Shown here one piece after another: positions 14,936 to 24,950 of a DNA stretch of 41,254 nucleotides. This DNA comes from an uncultured bacterium. GTDB taxonomy: Bacteria > Actinomycetota > Humimicrobiia > Humimicrobiales > Humimicrobiaceae. The stretch is from the NCBI GenBank assembly GCA_965549355.1, contig CBEVGD010000002.1, forward strand, positions 1 to 41,254. The letters are read 5' to 3'. Position 1 is the stretch's first letter, and each line of letters begins with the position of its first letter. A program made the translations under genes and the position numbers. The notes under the pieces are model-generated. The model did not search any database. It was not told the origin of the DNA and saw only the letters and a program-made list of their open reading frames with translations.

Positions 14936-16041
14936 AAGCGATCCTGATGCTTGAAGACGGAAAAGTATTTGAGGGTAAAAGTTTTGGATGCCGGGGAGAA
15001 GCGGTCGGGGAAGTTGTATTCAATACTTCAATGACCGGATATCAGGAAATACTGACGGATCCTTCATACTGTGAACAGATCGTTACAATGACATATCCCC
15101 AGATTGGAAATTATGGCATCAATTCAGAAGATACCGAATCGGGGAAGATACAGGCAAAGGGCTTTATTGTCCGCGAATATATGGACCATTACAGCAATTG
15201 GAAGGCGGAAGAGAGCCTGCAGGACTATTTTAAAAGGCATTCCATAATCGGCATATCCGATATAGATACCCGCCAACTCACAAAGCACATAAGGGAAGAG
15301 GGTGCCATGAAGGGTATCGTATCCACTGATACTCTTGACCGGGCGGCGCTGGCAGAAAAGCTTAAAAGCTATCCGGATATGGCCGGCAGGAATCTGGTCG
15401 ATATTGTGACCTGCGGCGGACCATATGTCTTCAATCCTCAAAAAACCGGACACGAATACACTATTGCTGCCTATGATTTTGGAATAAAGACAAATATTTT
15501 GAGATGCCTGGATGCGGCAGGATTTAATATTATGGTCATGCCGGCAAGTACACCGCCGGGAGAGCTGCTTAAAGATGGATTTGACGGAATACTTCTTTCA
15601 AATGGACCGGGAGATCCTGCAGCGGTCTCGTATGCGATTGAAAATATAAAAAAACTTGTGGGCAAAAAACCCATATTCGGCATATGCCTGGGGCATCAGC
15701 TGCTGGCCCTTGCACTCGGGGCAAAGACATATAAATTAAAATTCGGCCATCATGGAGCGAACCATCCTGTAAAGAATCTTGAAAACGGCGGGGTAGAGGT
15801 GACTACCCAGAACCACGGTTTTTCGGTGGATACAGATTCATTAGAAAGAGTCGGCACTTCTCACAGGGTGACCCATTTAAATCTTAATGATAATACCATA
15901 GAGGGTATTGAGTATCCTGAAGTTTCTGCATTTGCGGTTCAGCATCACCCGGAGGCGGGACCCGGCCCACATGACTCAAGATATATATTTAAGAGATTTA
16001 TGGAGCTTATTGATAACTTTAAAGCTAAGCCGGCCGGGTAG
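14932..16041 (+). CDS. carA: Carbamoyl-phosphate synthase small (glutaminase) subunit
   Basis: N-terminal CPSase small-chain domain and a GATase triad region (PIFGICLGHQLLALA, HHGANHPV, QHHPE). Confidence 0.92.
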   Translation: MKAILMLEDGKVFEGKSFGCRGEAVGEVVFNTSMTGYQEILTDPSYCEQIVTMTYPQIGNYGINSEDTESGKIQAKGFIVREYMDHYSNWKAEESLQDYFKRHSIIGISDIDTRQLTKHIREEGAMKGIVSTDTLDRAALAEKLKSYPDMAGRNLVDIVTCGGPYVFNPQKTGHEYTIAAYDFGIKTNILRCLDAAGFNIMVMPASTPPGELLKDGFDGILLSNGPGDPAAVSYAIENIKKLVGKKPIFGICLGHQLLALALGAKTYKLKFGHHGANHPVKNLENGGVEVTTQNHGFSVDTDSLERVGTSHRVTHLNLNDNTIEGIEYPEVSAFAVQHHPEAGPGPHDSRYIFKRFMELIDNFKAKPAG

Positions 16042-16054
16042 ATAGAAAGGATAC

Positions 16055-19000
16055 ATGCCAAAGAGAAAAGACCTGAAAAAAATAATGCTGATAGGTTCGG
16101 GGCCTATAATAATAGGCCAGGCCTGTGAATTTGATTATTCCGGGACCCAGGCCTGCAAGGTGCTCAAGGAAGAAGGATACGAGGTCATACTGGTCAATTC
16201 AAATCCTGCGACCATTATGACTGATCCCGAGTTTGCCGATAAGACATATATAGAGCCATTGACTCCGGAATTTGTGGCAAAGATAATCAAAAAAGAAAAG
16301 CCGGATGCGATCCTTCCAACGCTTGGCGGCCAGACAGGCCTGAATATTGCAGTCATGCTTGCAGGCGACGGAGTGCTTGAGAAATATGGAGTCGAACTTC
16401 TCGGCGCCGATGTAGATGTCATCACAAAAGCAGAGGATAGGGAGAAGTTTAAAGATGCGATGGCGGCAATAGGCCTGTACGTACCTCCAAGCGGGTATGC
16501 ACATAATCTTTCGGAAGCGCTGAAGTTTGCAGACGAGCTTAAATATCCCCTGGTAGTAAGACCGAGCTTCACACTGGGCGGACTCGGGGGAGGAGTAGCT
16601 TTTAATAAAGAGGAATTTACAGAGACAGTGACCAGAGGCCTTGATCTGTCACCTACATCGGAGGTCCTGGTTGAAAAGTCTGTTGCCGGCTGGAAGGAAT
16701 TTGAGCTGGAAGTCATGAGGGACAAAAACGACAATGCCGTTATAGTATGCTCAATTGAAAACTTTGATCCAATGGGAGTACATACAGGAGACAGCATAAC
16801 TGTGGCGCCTGCCCAGACCCTCACCGATGCACAGTATCAGCTGATGAGAAATGCATCCCTTGATATCATGAGGGAAATCGGGGTTGAAACAGGCGGTTCC
16901 AATATACAGTTTGCAATCGATCCGGAAAATGGAAAGATGGCAGTGATCGAGATGAATCCCAGGGTATCAAGGAGCAGCGCACTGGCCTCGAAGGCTACAG
17001 GATTTCCAATAGCAAAGATAGCCACAAAGCTTGCGGTGGGATATACTCTTGATGAGATTCCCAATGATATAACCAAAAAGACACCGGCCTGCTTTGAGCC
17101 TTCCATAGACTATGTGGTTGTCAAATTTCCAAGATGGGCATTTGAAAAGTTTGCGGGCACCGATACATCGCTTACCACGAGGATGAAGTCAGTGGGAGAG
17201 GCGATGGCGATCGGAAGGACCTTCAAGGAAGCGCTACAGAAGGCAATAAGGTCACTTGAGATTGACCGCTATGGCCTGGGGTCCGATGGATTTAGCGAGA
17301 TAGAGGAAGAGCTCTTAAATGACAGGCTCTCTATTCCCAACCAGGACAGGGTGTTCTATATAAAGCATGCATTTGAAAATGGAAGAAGTGTCGAGGATAT
17401 TTTCAGCTATACTAAGATAGATCCCTGGTTCCTTAATAATATAAAGCAGCTGGTGGATTTCGAAAGACAGTTTGCCGGATGGGGGCTCAAGAATCTTGAG
17501 GCTCCGGTGCTGAGGGAAGCTAAAAGGTATGGCTATTCTGATCTCCAGCTGGCGCATCTCTGCAGATGCGGCGAGAGTGATATGCGCAAACTTAGAAAAA
17601 AGATGGATATAATTCCCACATTTAAGACTGTGGATACATGTGCAGCCGAGTTTGAAGCATATACGCCGTATTATTACTCGACTTATGAGAGCGAGGATGA
17701 GATCCTTCCAACGGAAAAGGAAAAAATAATTATACTTGGAAGCGGGCCCAATAGGATAGGGCAGGGGATAGAATTTGACTACTGCTGCGTGCATGCTTCT
17801 TATGCGCTCCATGACATGGGCTATGAGACAATAATGGTCAACTGCAATCCGGAGACTGTCAGTACCGATTATGATACATCGGACAGGTTGTATTTCGAGC
17901 CCCTGACCTTTGAGGATGTGATGAATATAATAGAAGCCGAAAAACCAAAAGGGGTGATAGTGCAGTTCGGCGGACAGACTCCTTTAAAGCTTGCTCTTTT
18001 TCTTCAGAAGGCGGGAGTAAATATACTCGGGACCTCTCCTGATTCAATAGACCTTGCCGAGGACAGGAAGAGATTTGGAGGCATGCTTAAAAGGCTTGAG
18101 ATACTGCAGCCCGAAAATGGAACCGCATTAAATGAGGCAGAGGCTGTAAAGGCAGCATCCTCAATTGGATATCCCGTGCTGCTAAGGCCCTCATATGTAC
18201 TTGGCGGCAGGGCCATGAGTATAGTATATAATGAAAAGAGCCTCAAAGATTATGTCAAAAATGCGGCAATCGTATCAAATGACAGGCCCATACTTGTAGA
18301 CAGGTTTCTGGAGAGGGCGATAGAAGTTGATGTGGATGCGATATATGACGGGGAAGAGATCTTTATAGGCGGGATAATGGAACATATAGAGGAAGCCGGG
18401 ATACATTCGGGAGACAGCGCCTGCGTTATACCTGCATTTACGCTTAGTGATAGGACGATTGAGACTATAAGGGATTATACCTTAAAGATGGCGCGTGAGC
18501 TCAAAGTGGTCGGCCTTATAAATATACAGTATGCAGTAAAGGATGGAAAGGTCTATGTATTGGAGGCAAATCCCAGGGCTTCAAGGACTGTGCCATTTGT
18601 CAGCAAATCAACAGGGGTCCCCATGGCAAAGATCGCTTCCAGGGTGCTTGCCGGAATGAAGCTCGGGGACCAGGATTTTGATAGGGTGGATCCTACAAAG
18701 CTTGATTATTTCAGCATAAAAGAAGCTGTTCTTCCATTTAACCGATTCCCGGGAGTGGATACAATACTCGGACCCGAAATGAAGTCAACTGGCGAGGTGA
18801 TGGGAATAGATCCTGATTTTGGCATTGCATTTGCAAAGACCCAGATATCTACTAATCAGACATTTCCGACATCCGGATCTGTATTCATATCTGTAAGCGA
18901 TAAGGACAAGGACCTTATAGTCGATATTGCAAAGAAGTTTTCGGAAATGGACTTTAAGATAATATCCACCAGCGGGACAGGCGATATTCTTACAGGAAAC

Positions 19001-19117
19001 GGGATAAAGACAGATAGGGTTCTAAAGATAAGAGAAGGCAGGCCCAATGTCATAGATATGATAAAAAACGGGGAGATAGACCTTATAATCAATACGCCGG
19101 AGGGAGGCAGCGCCTGA
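16055..19117 (+). CDS. carB: Carbamoyl-phosphate synthase large subunit, interrupted by an in-frame TGA at 19115-19117
   Basis: Duplicated ATP-grasp halves ([15 protein letters not shown] / [15 protein letters not shown]) and an MGS-like C-terminal domain. At 1020 aa it is about 50 aa shorter than typical CarB, and the missing tail is encoded in frame just downstream. Confidence 0.9.
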   Translation: MPKRKDLKKIMLIGSGPIIIGQACEFDYSGTQACKVLKEEGYEVILVNSNPATIMTDPEFADKTYIEPLTPEFVAKIIKKEKPDAILPTLGGQTGLNIAVMLAGDGVLEKYGVELLGADVDVITKAEDREKFKDAMAAIGLYVPPSGYAHNLSEALKFADELKYPLVVRPSFTLGGLGGGVAFNKEEFTETVTRGLDLSPTSEVLVEKSVAGWKEFELEVMRDKNDNAVIVCSIENFDPMGVHTGDSITVAPAQTLTDAQYQLMRNASLDIMREIGVETGGSNIQFAIDPENGKMAVIEMNPRVSRSSALASKATGFPIAKIATKLAVGYTLDEIPNDITKKTPACFEPSIDYVVVKFPRWAFEKFAGTDTSLTTRMKSVGEAMAIGRTFKEALQKAIRSLEIDRYGLGSDGFSEIEEELLNDRLSIPNQDRVFYIKHAFENGRSVEDIFSYTKIDPWFLNNIKQLVDFERQFAGWGLKNLEAPVLREAKRYGYSDLQLAHLCRCGESDMRKLRKKMDIIPTFKTVDTCAAEFEAYTPYYYSTYESEDEILPTEKEKIIILGSGPNRIGQGIEFDYCCVHASYALHDMGYETIMVNCNPETVSTDYDTSDRLYFEPLTFEDVMNIIEAEKPKGVIVQFGGQTPLKLALFLQKAGVNILGTSPDSIDLAEDRKRFGGMLKRLEILQPENGTALNEAEAVKAASSIGYPVLLRPSYVLGGRAMSIVYNEKSLKDYVKNAAIVSNDRPILVDRFLERAIEVDVDAIYDGEEIFIGGIMEHIEEAGIHSGDSACVIPAFTLSDRTIETIRDYTLKMARELKVVGLINIQYAVKDGKVYVLEANPRASRTVPFVSKSTGVPMAKIASRVLAGMKLGDQDFDRVDPTKLDYFSIKEAVLPFNRFPGVDTILGPEMKSTGEVMGIDPDFGIAFAKTQISTNQTFPTSGSVFISVSDKDKDLIVDIAKKFSEMDFKIISTSGTGDILTGNGIKTDRVLKIREGRPNVIDMIKNGEIDLIINTPEGGSA

Positions 19118-19264
19118 AGCGACGGCTATTATATGAGGACGGCTGCGATCCTGTATAATGTTCCTTCCATAACAACTCTTTCTGCTGCGTCGGCGCTTCT
19201 GCAGGGTATTGAAGAAATGAGGAAAAACCCTGAAGTAAAGGTTAAAGCTATACAGGAATATTAA
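19118..19264 (+). other. carB: In-frame continuation of carB after the TGA (48 codons plus TAA)
   Basis: It translates to SDGYYMRTAAILYNVPSITTLSAASALLQGIEEMRKNPEVKVKAIQEY*, which fits the CarB C-terminal consensus (DG..iRR.A....vP..TTl..A.A). The TAA at 19262-19264 overlaps the pyrK ATG (TAATG). Confidence 0.7.
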
Positions 19265-20055
19265 TGAGATTATTAAAGAGTGAAATACTTTCCAATGAAA
19301 GATACGGGCCTGACATTTATAGGATGGAGATCTTTGCGCCGCATATTGTAAAGAGCATAAAAGCGGGTCAGTTTGTAAATATGAAGTGTTGCCCGGAGGG
19401 TTCAAGGGATCCGCTTCTGAGAAGACCCTTTTCCGTATTTGATATAGAGAAGAAATTTAAGGTATTCTCTATACTGTACCTGGTGAAGGGCAAAGGCACC
19501 AGATATATGGCATCTCTTAAAAATGGCGATATAGTTGATTTTGCCGGACCTCTTGGAAATCCCGCAGGACTCAATGCTGCTGCGGGCAATATCCTTCTGA
19601 TCGGCGGCGGAATGGGTATGGCGCCGCTCAACCTTATCTCAAAGCTTGCCACCGGATCCGGCAAAAATGTGATGGTACTGGCTGGTTTTAAAGACAGCAG
19701 CCTTCTCAGATGGGAGAGGGACCTGGTAAGGATGGGTGTAAAGTACAGGATATTCACTGAGGATGGGTCCTGGGGAGAGATGGGAATGGTATGCGACCAT
19801 ATTTTTGATGAGCCGGGAATATACCGGAACTATGATGTATATTGCTGCGGGCCCGAAGCAATGCTTAAGGTCCTGCAGAAAGAGCTGGGAAAGGAAAATA
19901 TCTCTGCTACGGCACTTTTTGAGGAAAAAATGGCCTGCGGTATCGGAGTCTGCAATGGCTGCGCCATAAGGATAAAGAGGGGAACCGGCACCAGGTATCT
20001 CAGAGTATGCAAAGAGGGTCCTGCATTTAAATTATCGGAGGTTGTATTTGACTGA
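19264..20055 (+). CDS. pyrK: Dihydroorotate dehydrogenase (class 1B) electron-transfer subunit
   Basis: FAD/NAD-binding fold (RRPFSV, GGGMGMAPL) and a C-terminal 2Fe-2S cysteine cluster (MACGIGVCNGCA...VCKEGPAF). Confidence 0.88.
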   Translation: MRLLKSEILSNERYGPDIYRMEIFAPHIVKSIKAGQFVNMKCCPEGSRDPLLRRPFSVFDIEKKFKVFSILYLVKGKGTRYMASLKNGDIVDFAGPLGNPAGLNAAAGNILLIGGGMGMAPLNLISKLATGSGKNVMVLAGFKDSSLLRWERDLVRMGVKYRIFTEDGSWGEMGMVCDHIFDEPGIYRNYDVYCCGPEAMLKVLQKELGKENISATALFEEKMACGIGVCNGCAIRIKRGTGTRYLRVCKEGPAFKLSEVVFD

Positions 20056-21049
20056 TAGATTATTTGACTGGGAAGATATAGACAAAGATGCGGAAGACAA
20101 TACTTCTTTTAATGGGAGTCCTTCCGGAAGCGATCCGGATATGTCGGTGGACCTTGGAAGGATAAAACTTGCAAATCCAATAATAACCTGTTCGGGAACA
20201 TTCTCCCACGGAGAGGAGCACCAGCCTTTTTATGATATTTCTATACTGGGTGCGGTGACCACAAAAAGTTATTCACTGAAGTCCAGAAAAGGAAACCCTC
20301 CTCCGAGGGTATGTGAAACGCCGGCAGGGCTCTTAAATTCGATAGGCCTTCAAAATGAGGGCATCGATGCATTTATAGGCTCCCATCTAAGACAGATGAA
20401 TGAGGCTGGAGCCAAAATAATACTCAGCATATTCGGCCGCGATGCTGAAGAGTTTAAAAAAGTCGCATTGAAGGTGCTTGATGTAAAATCGGAGATACTT
20501 GCTGTGGAGCTTAATCTCTCATGTCCGAATATTGAAAGGGGCGGGATTTCTTTTTGTGCGATACCCGAAGAGGTCGAGAAGGTCGTTGATGGGGTGGTTT
20601 CCATGCTTGATGTGCCCGTAATAGCCAAACTATCTCCAAATCATGATAATATAATACAGTCTGCTATAATGGCGAGAAAAGCAGGGGCAGAGGCTCTTTC
20701 AGTGGTCAATACTATTGTAGGGATGGCTGTGGACATAGAGACAGCAAGGCCGCTTTTGGGAAATATAACCGGCGGCCTTTCAGGTCCCGCTATAAAGCCT
20801 GTGGCACTGGTGAAGGTATATGAGCTTGCAGAGGAAGACATACTTCCGATAATAGGCATGGGAGGAATATTCGACTACCGGGATGTGCTGGAGTTTATGA
20901 TAGTGGGCGCCTCTGCTATCAGCCTGGGTACAGTCAATCTTGTCGATTATGATGCAGGGAAAAAGATACTGGCAGATCTTAAGAATTATCTGGCAAAGAA
21001 AAAGATAGAAAGTATTAAAAGTATCATAGGAAGGTTAGAGGGGACTTGA
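20042..21049 (+). CDS. pyrD: Dihydroorotate dehydrogenase catalytic subunit (class 1B); start uncertain
   Basis: The conserved core begins at LGRIKLANPIITCSGTF, with NLSCPN and GGLSGPAIKP motifs. Candidate starts are TTG 20042/20048 (GGAGG at 20037-20041) or ATG 20141. The earlier starts add an acidic leader of about 33 aa. Confidence 0.85.
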   Translation: MYLTDRLFDWEDIDKDAEDNTSFNGSPSGSDPDMSVDLGRIKLANPIITCSGTFSHGEEHQPFYDISILGAVTTKSYSLKSRKGNPPPRVCETPAGLLNSIGLQNEGIDAFIGSHLRQMNEAGAKIILSIFGRDAEEFKKVALKVLDVKSEILAVELNLSCPNIERGGISFCAIPEEVEKVVDGVVSMLDVPVIAKLSPNHDNIIQSAIMARKAGAEALSVVNTIVGMAVDIETARPLLGNITGGLSGPAIKPVALVKVYELAEEDILPIIGMGGIFDYRDVLEFMIVGASAISLGTVNLVDYDAGKKILADLKNYLAKKKIESIKSIIGRLEGT

Positions 21050-21789
21050 AAAAAAGAAAACTTAAACTGGCCGACCGCCTTATAGCGGTTATCGATGTGA
21101 ATAAAAAAAGCGGGCTCAAAAGGATACTTTCAGGAATCGGAGGGAAAGTGTCGACAGTCAAGCTGGGCCTTGAGATGATATACAGCGCCGGTACCGGCGT
21201 GGTGGGTATTGCAAGAAGGTCGGGATATGATGTGATGCTGGATGCAAAGCTAATGGATATACCCAATACCGTAAGGGGAGCATCTCTTGCAATAGGAAAG
21301 CTCGGGCCCTCAATCGTTACCATCCATACTCTCGGAGGCAAAAAGATGATAGAGGCTTCCCTTGAAGCACTGAAGGAGCAGTCAGCAAAGGATCTGGCCA
21401 TAAGGCCCCTTCTTTTCGGGGTGACGGTGCTTACGAGCCTTGATGACGGCGATCTCAGGGAAATGGGGTTTGGCGGCGGCTATCTTGCCACCGTAAAAAG
21501 ACTTGCCGGCCTTGCACTTGAAAGCGGAGCGGACGGCATAATATGCTCACCCGGGGAAGTGAGCCCGCTGAGGGAAGAATTCGGTGAAGATTTCTTCATT
21601 GCGACTCCCGGGATAAGGCTCGGCAAAGACAGCGCAGGGGACCAGAAAAGGGTCAATACTCCGGAAGAAGCGATCTCTTCCGGTGCCGATATGATCATAG
21701 CGGGCCGCTCCATAACCCAAAAATCCGATATTGGAGCTGCTGTAGATATTTTCCTAAAAGAGATAAAAAATGCATTAAACGCGTATTAA
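21046..21789 (+). CDS. pyrF: Orotidine-5'-phosphate decarboxylase
   Basis: Motifs DAKLMDIPNTV and IIAGRSI, with a TIM-barrel OMP decarboxylase pattern. The start overlaps the pyrD stop. Confidence 0.9.
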   Translation: MKKRKLKLADRLIAVIDVNKKSGLKRILSGIGGKVSTVKLGLEMIYSAGTGVVGIARRSGYDVMLDAKLMDIPNTVRGASLAIGKLGPSIVTIHTLGGKKMIEASLEALKEQSAKDLAIRPLLFGVTVLTSLDDGDLREMGFGGGYLATVKRLAGLALESGADGIICSPGEVSPLREEFGEDFFIATPGIRLGKDSAGDQKRVNTPEEAISSGADMIIAGRSITQKSDIGAAVDIFLKEIKNALNAY

Positions 21790-21808
21790 AAGGAAGGAAA
21801 AAATTATT

Positions 21809-22414
21809 ATGCTAAGAGTTATCAGCCAGGCCGAGGGGCTTGATGTACTTAAGCTGTTTAAAGATTCAGGAGCAATACTCGAAGGCCATTTCAAGCTTAC
21901 ATCCGGATATCATAGCGAAGCATATATGCAATGTGCGTCTCTTCTTAAGTATCCTGATAGAGCCGCTCTTCTTGCGGATGCCGCCTGCAGCATGATGGGG
22001 AAAGAAATAGATCTTAAAAGCATAGACACAATTATAGCTCCGGCGGTGGGCGGGATCCTGTGGGGATATATGCTGGCCGACAGTATTGGGTGCAGGATGA
22101 TCTTTACTGAGAGAAAAGATGGAAATATGGAGCTCGGAAGAGGATTCGATATCAAAAAAGGTGAAAAGGTGATTATTGCTGAGGATGTGATCACAACCGG
22201 CGGTTCGGTAAAGGAAGTCATAAAGATATGCAGGGAAATGGGCGGGGACATAAAGGCTGTAGCAGTAATGGCGGACCGGAACTCCGGATTTGATCCCGGC
22301 TATCCCTATTATAATATGATCAAGATCGATATGGAAAAATATGATCCTGATAATTGCCCGCTGTGCAAAAATAATATCCCGGTGATCTATCACGGGAGCA
22401 GAAAAAACCGGTAA
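21809..22414 (+). CDS. pyrE: Orotate phosphoribosyltransferase
   Basis: GHFKLTSGYHS and PRPP motif VIIAEDVITTGGS. It is the last gene of the pyr operon. Confidence 0.9.
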   Translation: MLRVISQAEGLDVLKLFKDSGAILEGHFKLTSGYHSEAYMQCASLLKYPDRAALLADAACSMMGKEIDLKSIDTIIAPAVGGILWGYMLADSIGCRMIFTERKDGNMELGRGFDIKKGEKVIIAEDVITTGGSVKEVIKICREMGGDIKAVAVMADRNSGFDPGYPYYNMIKIDMEKYDPDNCPLCKNNIPVIYHGSRKNR

Positions 22415-22432
22415 GAAAGCTTCCGGTTTTTT
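22402..22432 (+). terminator. Rho-independent terminator of the pyr operon
   Basis: AAAAAACCGG (22402-22411) pairs with CCGGTTTTTT (22423-22432) around an 11-nt loop that spans the pyrE stop. Confidence 0.7.
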
Positions 22433-22470
22433 AAATAACCGGATTTAAATATAAATCTCAAATAATTATA

Positions 22471-22499
22471 TTGAAAAACTATATATATATTTGTATACT
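22471..22499 (+). promoter_or_regulatory. Putative sigma-70-type promoter of the mihF-gmk-rpoZ... operon
   Basis: TTGAAA (22471-22476), 17 nt, TATACT (22494-22499). Confidence 0.5.
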
Positions 22500-22536
22500 C
22501 TAGACTATCTATCCAGTTATGTTCAAAGGAGCTTTA

Positions 22537-22863
22537 ATGGCTTTAACGGGCTTGAGTGATGAGGCCAGGAAAAGGGGTCTGGAAAAAGCGCGCCTGGTTC
22601 GCAAGAAAAGATCCGAAGTAAAGGATCGATTAAAGAAGGGAAAGATAAGCGTCAATGCCCTTTTTAGAGACAGGAAGCTTTTTGATGAGTATATTGCCGG
22701 CATGAAAGTCTTAAGCATTATCAGCTCGCTTCCAGGCAATGGCAAATTGCATGCTGTAGAAGTCCTTAAAAAGTTGAATATAAATCACCATAAAAAAATG
22801 GGCGGACTGGGTAAAAACCAGAAAGCCAGTTTTTTTGAGTATTTCAATATCACAGAGTCTTAA
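22537..22863 (+). CDS. mihF: Actinobacterial-type integration host factor (mIHF)
   Basis: MALTGLSDEARKRGLEKARLVRKKRSEVKDRLKKG...GMKVLSIISSLPGNGK...GGLGKNQKASFFEYF parallels mycobacterial mIHF (MAL..LT.EQR...LEKA..AR..RAE.K.RLK...KMKV..LLE.LP.VGK...GLG..Q). The SD AAAGGAG lies 5 nt before the ATG at 22537. It sits immediately upstream of gmk. Confidence 0.85.
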   Translation: MALTGLSDEARKRGLEKARLVRKKRSEVKDRLKKGKISVNALFRDRKLFDEYIAGMKVLSIISSLPGNGKLHAVEVLKKLNINHHKKMGGLGKNQKASFFEYFNITES

Positions 22864-22874
22864 AGTTTATATAG

Positions 22875-23456
22875 ATGACAGGTATCAATGAAGCCAGATT
22901 GTTTGTAATCTCCGGTCCGTCCGGCTCAGGTAAGAGCAGTTTGATCTCGGATGTCTTAAAATATTTAAAAGATTTTGAGAAGTCTGTCTCGGCTACCACG
23001 AGACCAAAGAGAAAGGGCGAGACTCAGGGGGAGCAATATCATTTCATAACAGAGGAAGAATTCGAAGATCTTATTAAAAAGGGAAACTTTCTCGAATGGG
23101 CCAAATACTCCGGATATTATTACGGGACCCCGAAAGAGCCGGTATGTAAAAAGCTTGCGGCAGGGGTCAATATAATACTGGAGATCGAGGTGCAGGGCGC
23201 TATCCAGATAAAGGAAAAGGCGGACGATGCTTTCTATATATTTATACTTACAACCGCAGTAGAGGAGCTCAGAAGAAGACTCATAAAGAGGGGGACAGAC
23301 GAGCCGGGCGAAATAGAAAAGAGGCTCAAAATAGCCAGGAAGGAACTGGAGTATAAGAAACATTATGATTGCATAATTGTCAATAATAACTATAATGAAG
23401 CTTTGCAAAATCTAAAAATCGTACTAGAAAATGAAGCAGGGAAGGGAACAGAATAG
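22875..23456 (+). CDS. gmk: Guanylate kinase
   Basis: P-loop [25 protein letters not shown], and EWAKYSGYYYGT. Confidence 0.92.
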   Translation: MTGINEARLFVISGPSGSGKSSLISDVLKYLKDFEKSVSATTRPKRKGETQGEQYHFITEEEFEDLIKKGNFLEWAKYSGYYYGTPKEPVCKKLAAGVNIILEIEVQGAIQIKEKADDAFYIFILTTAVEELRRRLIKRGTDEPGEIEKRLKIARKELEYKKHYDCIIVNNNYNEALQNLKIVLENEAGKGTE

Positions 23457-23698
23457 TGAAGATACAGTTTTTCGATGAATATGAAAAAGATATAAAAAGT
23501 AAGTACAAACTATGTGTAGCGGTTTCCGGGAGGGCAAGGGAACTCGGAGACTATTTTGCTGCAGCAAGGAATATGGAAAGGGTCAATATAGTGAAGCCGC
23601 TTGTAGATACGGACTCAGAGGATCCTCTTGAAATATCCTTTGATGAACTTAAAGAAAAAAAGATAGAGTTTGGCAATAAAAAAGAGGAAGAAAAATAA
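23456..23698 (+). CDS. rpoZ: DNA-directed RNA polymerase subunit omega
   Basis: SKYKLCVAVSGRARELGDYF...VKPLVD...DPLEISFDEL resembles actinobacterial RpoZ (SKYALV..AAKRARQINDYY...VGPLVE). It occupies the canonical position between gmk and coaBC. Confidence 0.78.
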   Translation: MKIQFFDEYEKDIKSKYKLCVAVSGRARELGDYFAAARNMERVNIVKPLVDTDSEDPLEISFDELKEKKIEFGNKKEEEK

Positions 23699-23700
23699 TC

Positions 23701-24918
23701 TTGGGGATCAACAGTTCAATTTTTTTAAAGAAAAAGATTGTACTGGGAATAACCGCTTCCATAGCTGCTTATAAGGCGGCTTATATATGCAGCAGATTAG
23801 TCAGGTCGGGCGCTCAGGTCATTCCAGTGATGACTTCCCGTGCCGCCAATTTCATAAATCCCATAACATTCAGTTCGCTTTCCGGCAATGAGACGATAAC
23901 GGGCCAGTTCAAGAACCAGGGCCGGATATATCATATTTCTCTCTCTCATAGCGCCGATGCATACCTTATAGCTCCCGCAAGCGCAGATATCATATGCAAG
24001 CTTGCCCATGGGGTATGCGATGATTTCCTGACAACTTCATCTCTCGCAGCAGCATGTCCGGTGCTTATAGCTCCGGCGATGAATGAAAGCATGTATCTGG
24101 ATCCTGTTGTCGCTGAAAGTATAAAAAAGCTTAAAAGCAGCGGGAAATACCGGATAGTGGGCCCCGCTAAAGGGGAGCTTGCATGCGGGGAAACCGGAGT
24201 GGGCAGGATGGAAGATGAAGACACTATAATCAAAAGGCTCTCACAGCTTCTGACAGTTTCAGAGGAGCTAAGCGGCAAAAAAGTAGTCATAACAGCAGGC
24301 GGGACAAGGGAATATATAGACATGGTAAGATATATATCAAATGCCTCAAGCGGCAAGATGGGCTACAGCCTTGCCCGGGAGGCATATTTTAGAGGTGCGC
24401 AGAAAGTCGTACTTATAAGCACCGTGAAGGAGAGGCCGGTCCCATACGGGGTCGAGGTCCATTATGTGGATAATACCGGACAGATGAAAGAAGCAGTGCT
24501 CGATCACAGCGGCGACGGGGATATAATAATAATGGCTGCGGCAGTTAGCGATATCGTGCCTCTGGAAAGGGATCCCGGTAAATTATCCAAAAGAGAAGGA
24601 CTGCTTTCACGGCTAAAATTTAAATTAAATGAAAACATTTTGGATATTCTTTCGACAAGTAAGAGGAAGGGCCAATTTCTCATAGGTTTTGCTGCTGAAA
24701 GCGGATATAATATTGAAAATGTCCTGAAGAAGTTTTCCGGCAAGAATATTGATATGATAATTGCAAATGACATATCCGGAAAAGATACGGCAATAGGAAG
24801 CGATTATAATGAGGTGGAGATAATAAGAAGCGGAAAAGATCCTGTAAGGATACCCAGAGACAGAAAGGCTGTGATAGCCAGGGGTATCTGGAATGAGATA
24901 ATCAAAGAAATTAATTAA
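23701..24918 (+). CDS. coaBC: Bifunctional phosphopantothenoylcysteine decarboxylase / phosphopantothenate-cysteine ligase
   Basis: N-terminal flavoprotein domain (KIVLGITASIAAYKA, APAMN) and C-terminal DFP ligase domain (VITAGGTREYID.VRYISNASSGKMG, AAAVSD). Confidence 0.9.
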   Translation: MGINSSIFLKKKIVLGITASIAAYKAAYICSRLVRSGAQVIPVMTSRAANFINPITFSSLSGNETITGQFKNQGRIYHISLSHSADAYLIAPASADIICKLAHGVCDDFLTTSSLAAACPVLIAPAMNESMYLDPVVAESIKKLKSSGKYRIVGPAKGELACGETGVGRMEDEDTIIKRLSQLLTVSEELSGKKVVITAGGTREYIDMVRYISNASSGKMGYSLAREAYFRGAQKVVLISTVKERPVPYGVEVHYVDNTGQMKEAVLDHSGDGDIIIMAAAVSDIVPLERDPGKLSKREGLLSRLKFKLNENILDILSTSKRKGQFLIGFAAESGYNIENVLKKFSGKNIDMIIANDISGKDTAIGSDYNEVEIIRSGKDPVRIPRDRKAVIARGIWNEIIKEIN

Positions 24919-24950
24919 TATTGGTGTAGAAAATATAGATTGGAGAGACA

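Noticed and set aside
19115-19117. Genome-wide TGA reassignment (code 4 or 25) as the explanation for the carB in-frame TGA
   Set aside because: TGA terminates pyrC (14933-14935), pyrK (20053-20055) and pyrD (21047-21049) exactly at the expected protein ends and operon junctions. TGA is therefore a normal stop in this organism.
19115-19165. Selenocysteine insertion at the carB TGA
   Set aside because: CarB is not a known selenoprotein. The position is a variable linker residue in homologues. I could not fold a convincing SECIS-like hairpin in the ~40 nt downstream.
19763-19969. A 68-aa + strand ORF inside pyrK in another frame. A similar one lies at 27634-27819 inside priA.
   Set aside because: They are embedded in well-supported genes, have no SD, and their Cys/Arg-rich composition is typical of off-frame translation.
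24919-24950. Possible SAM riboswitch upstream of metK
   Set aside because: The gap between coaBC and metK is only 32 nt, which is far too short. No SAM-I-like conserved segments are present.
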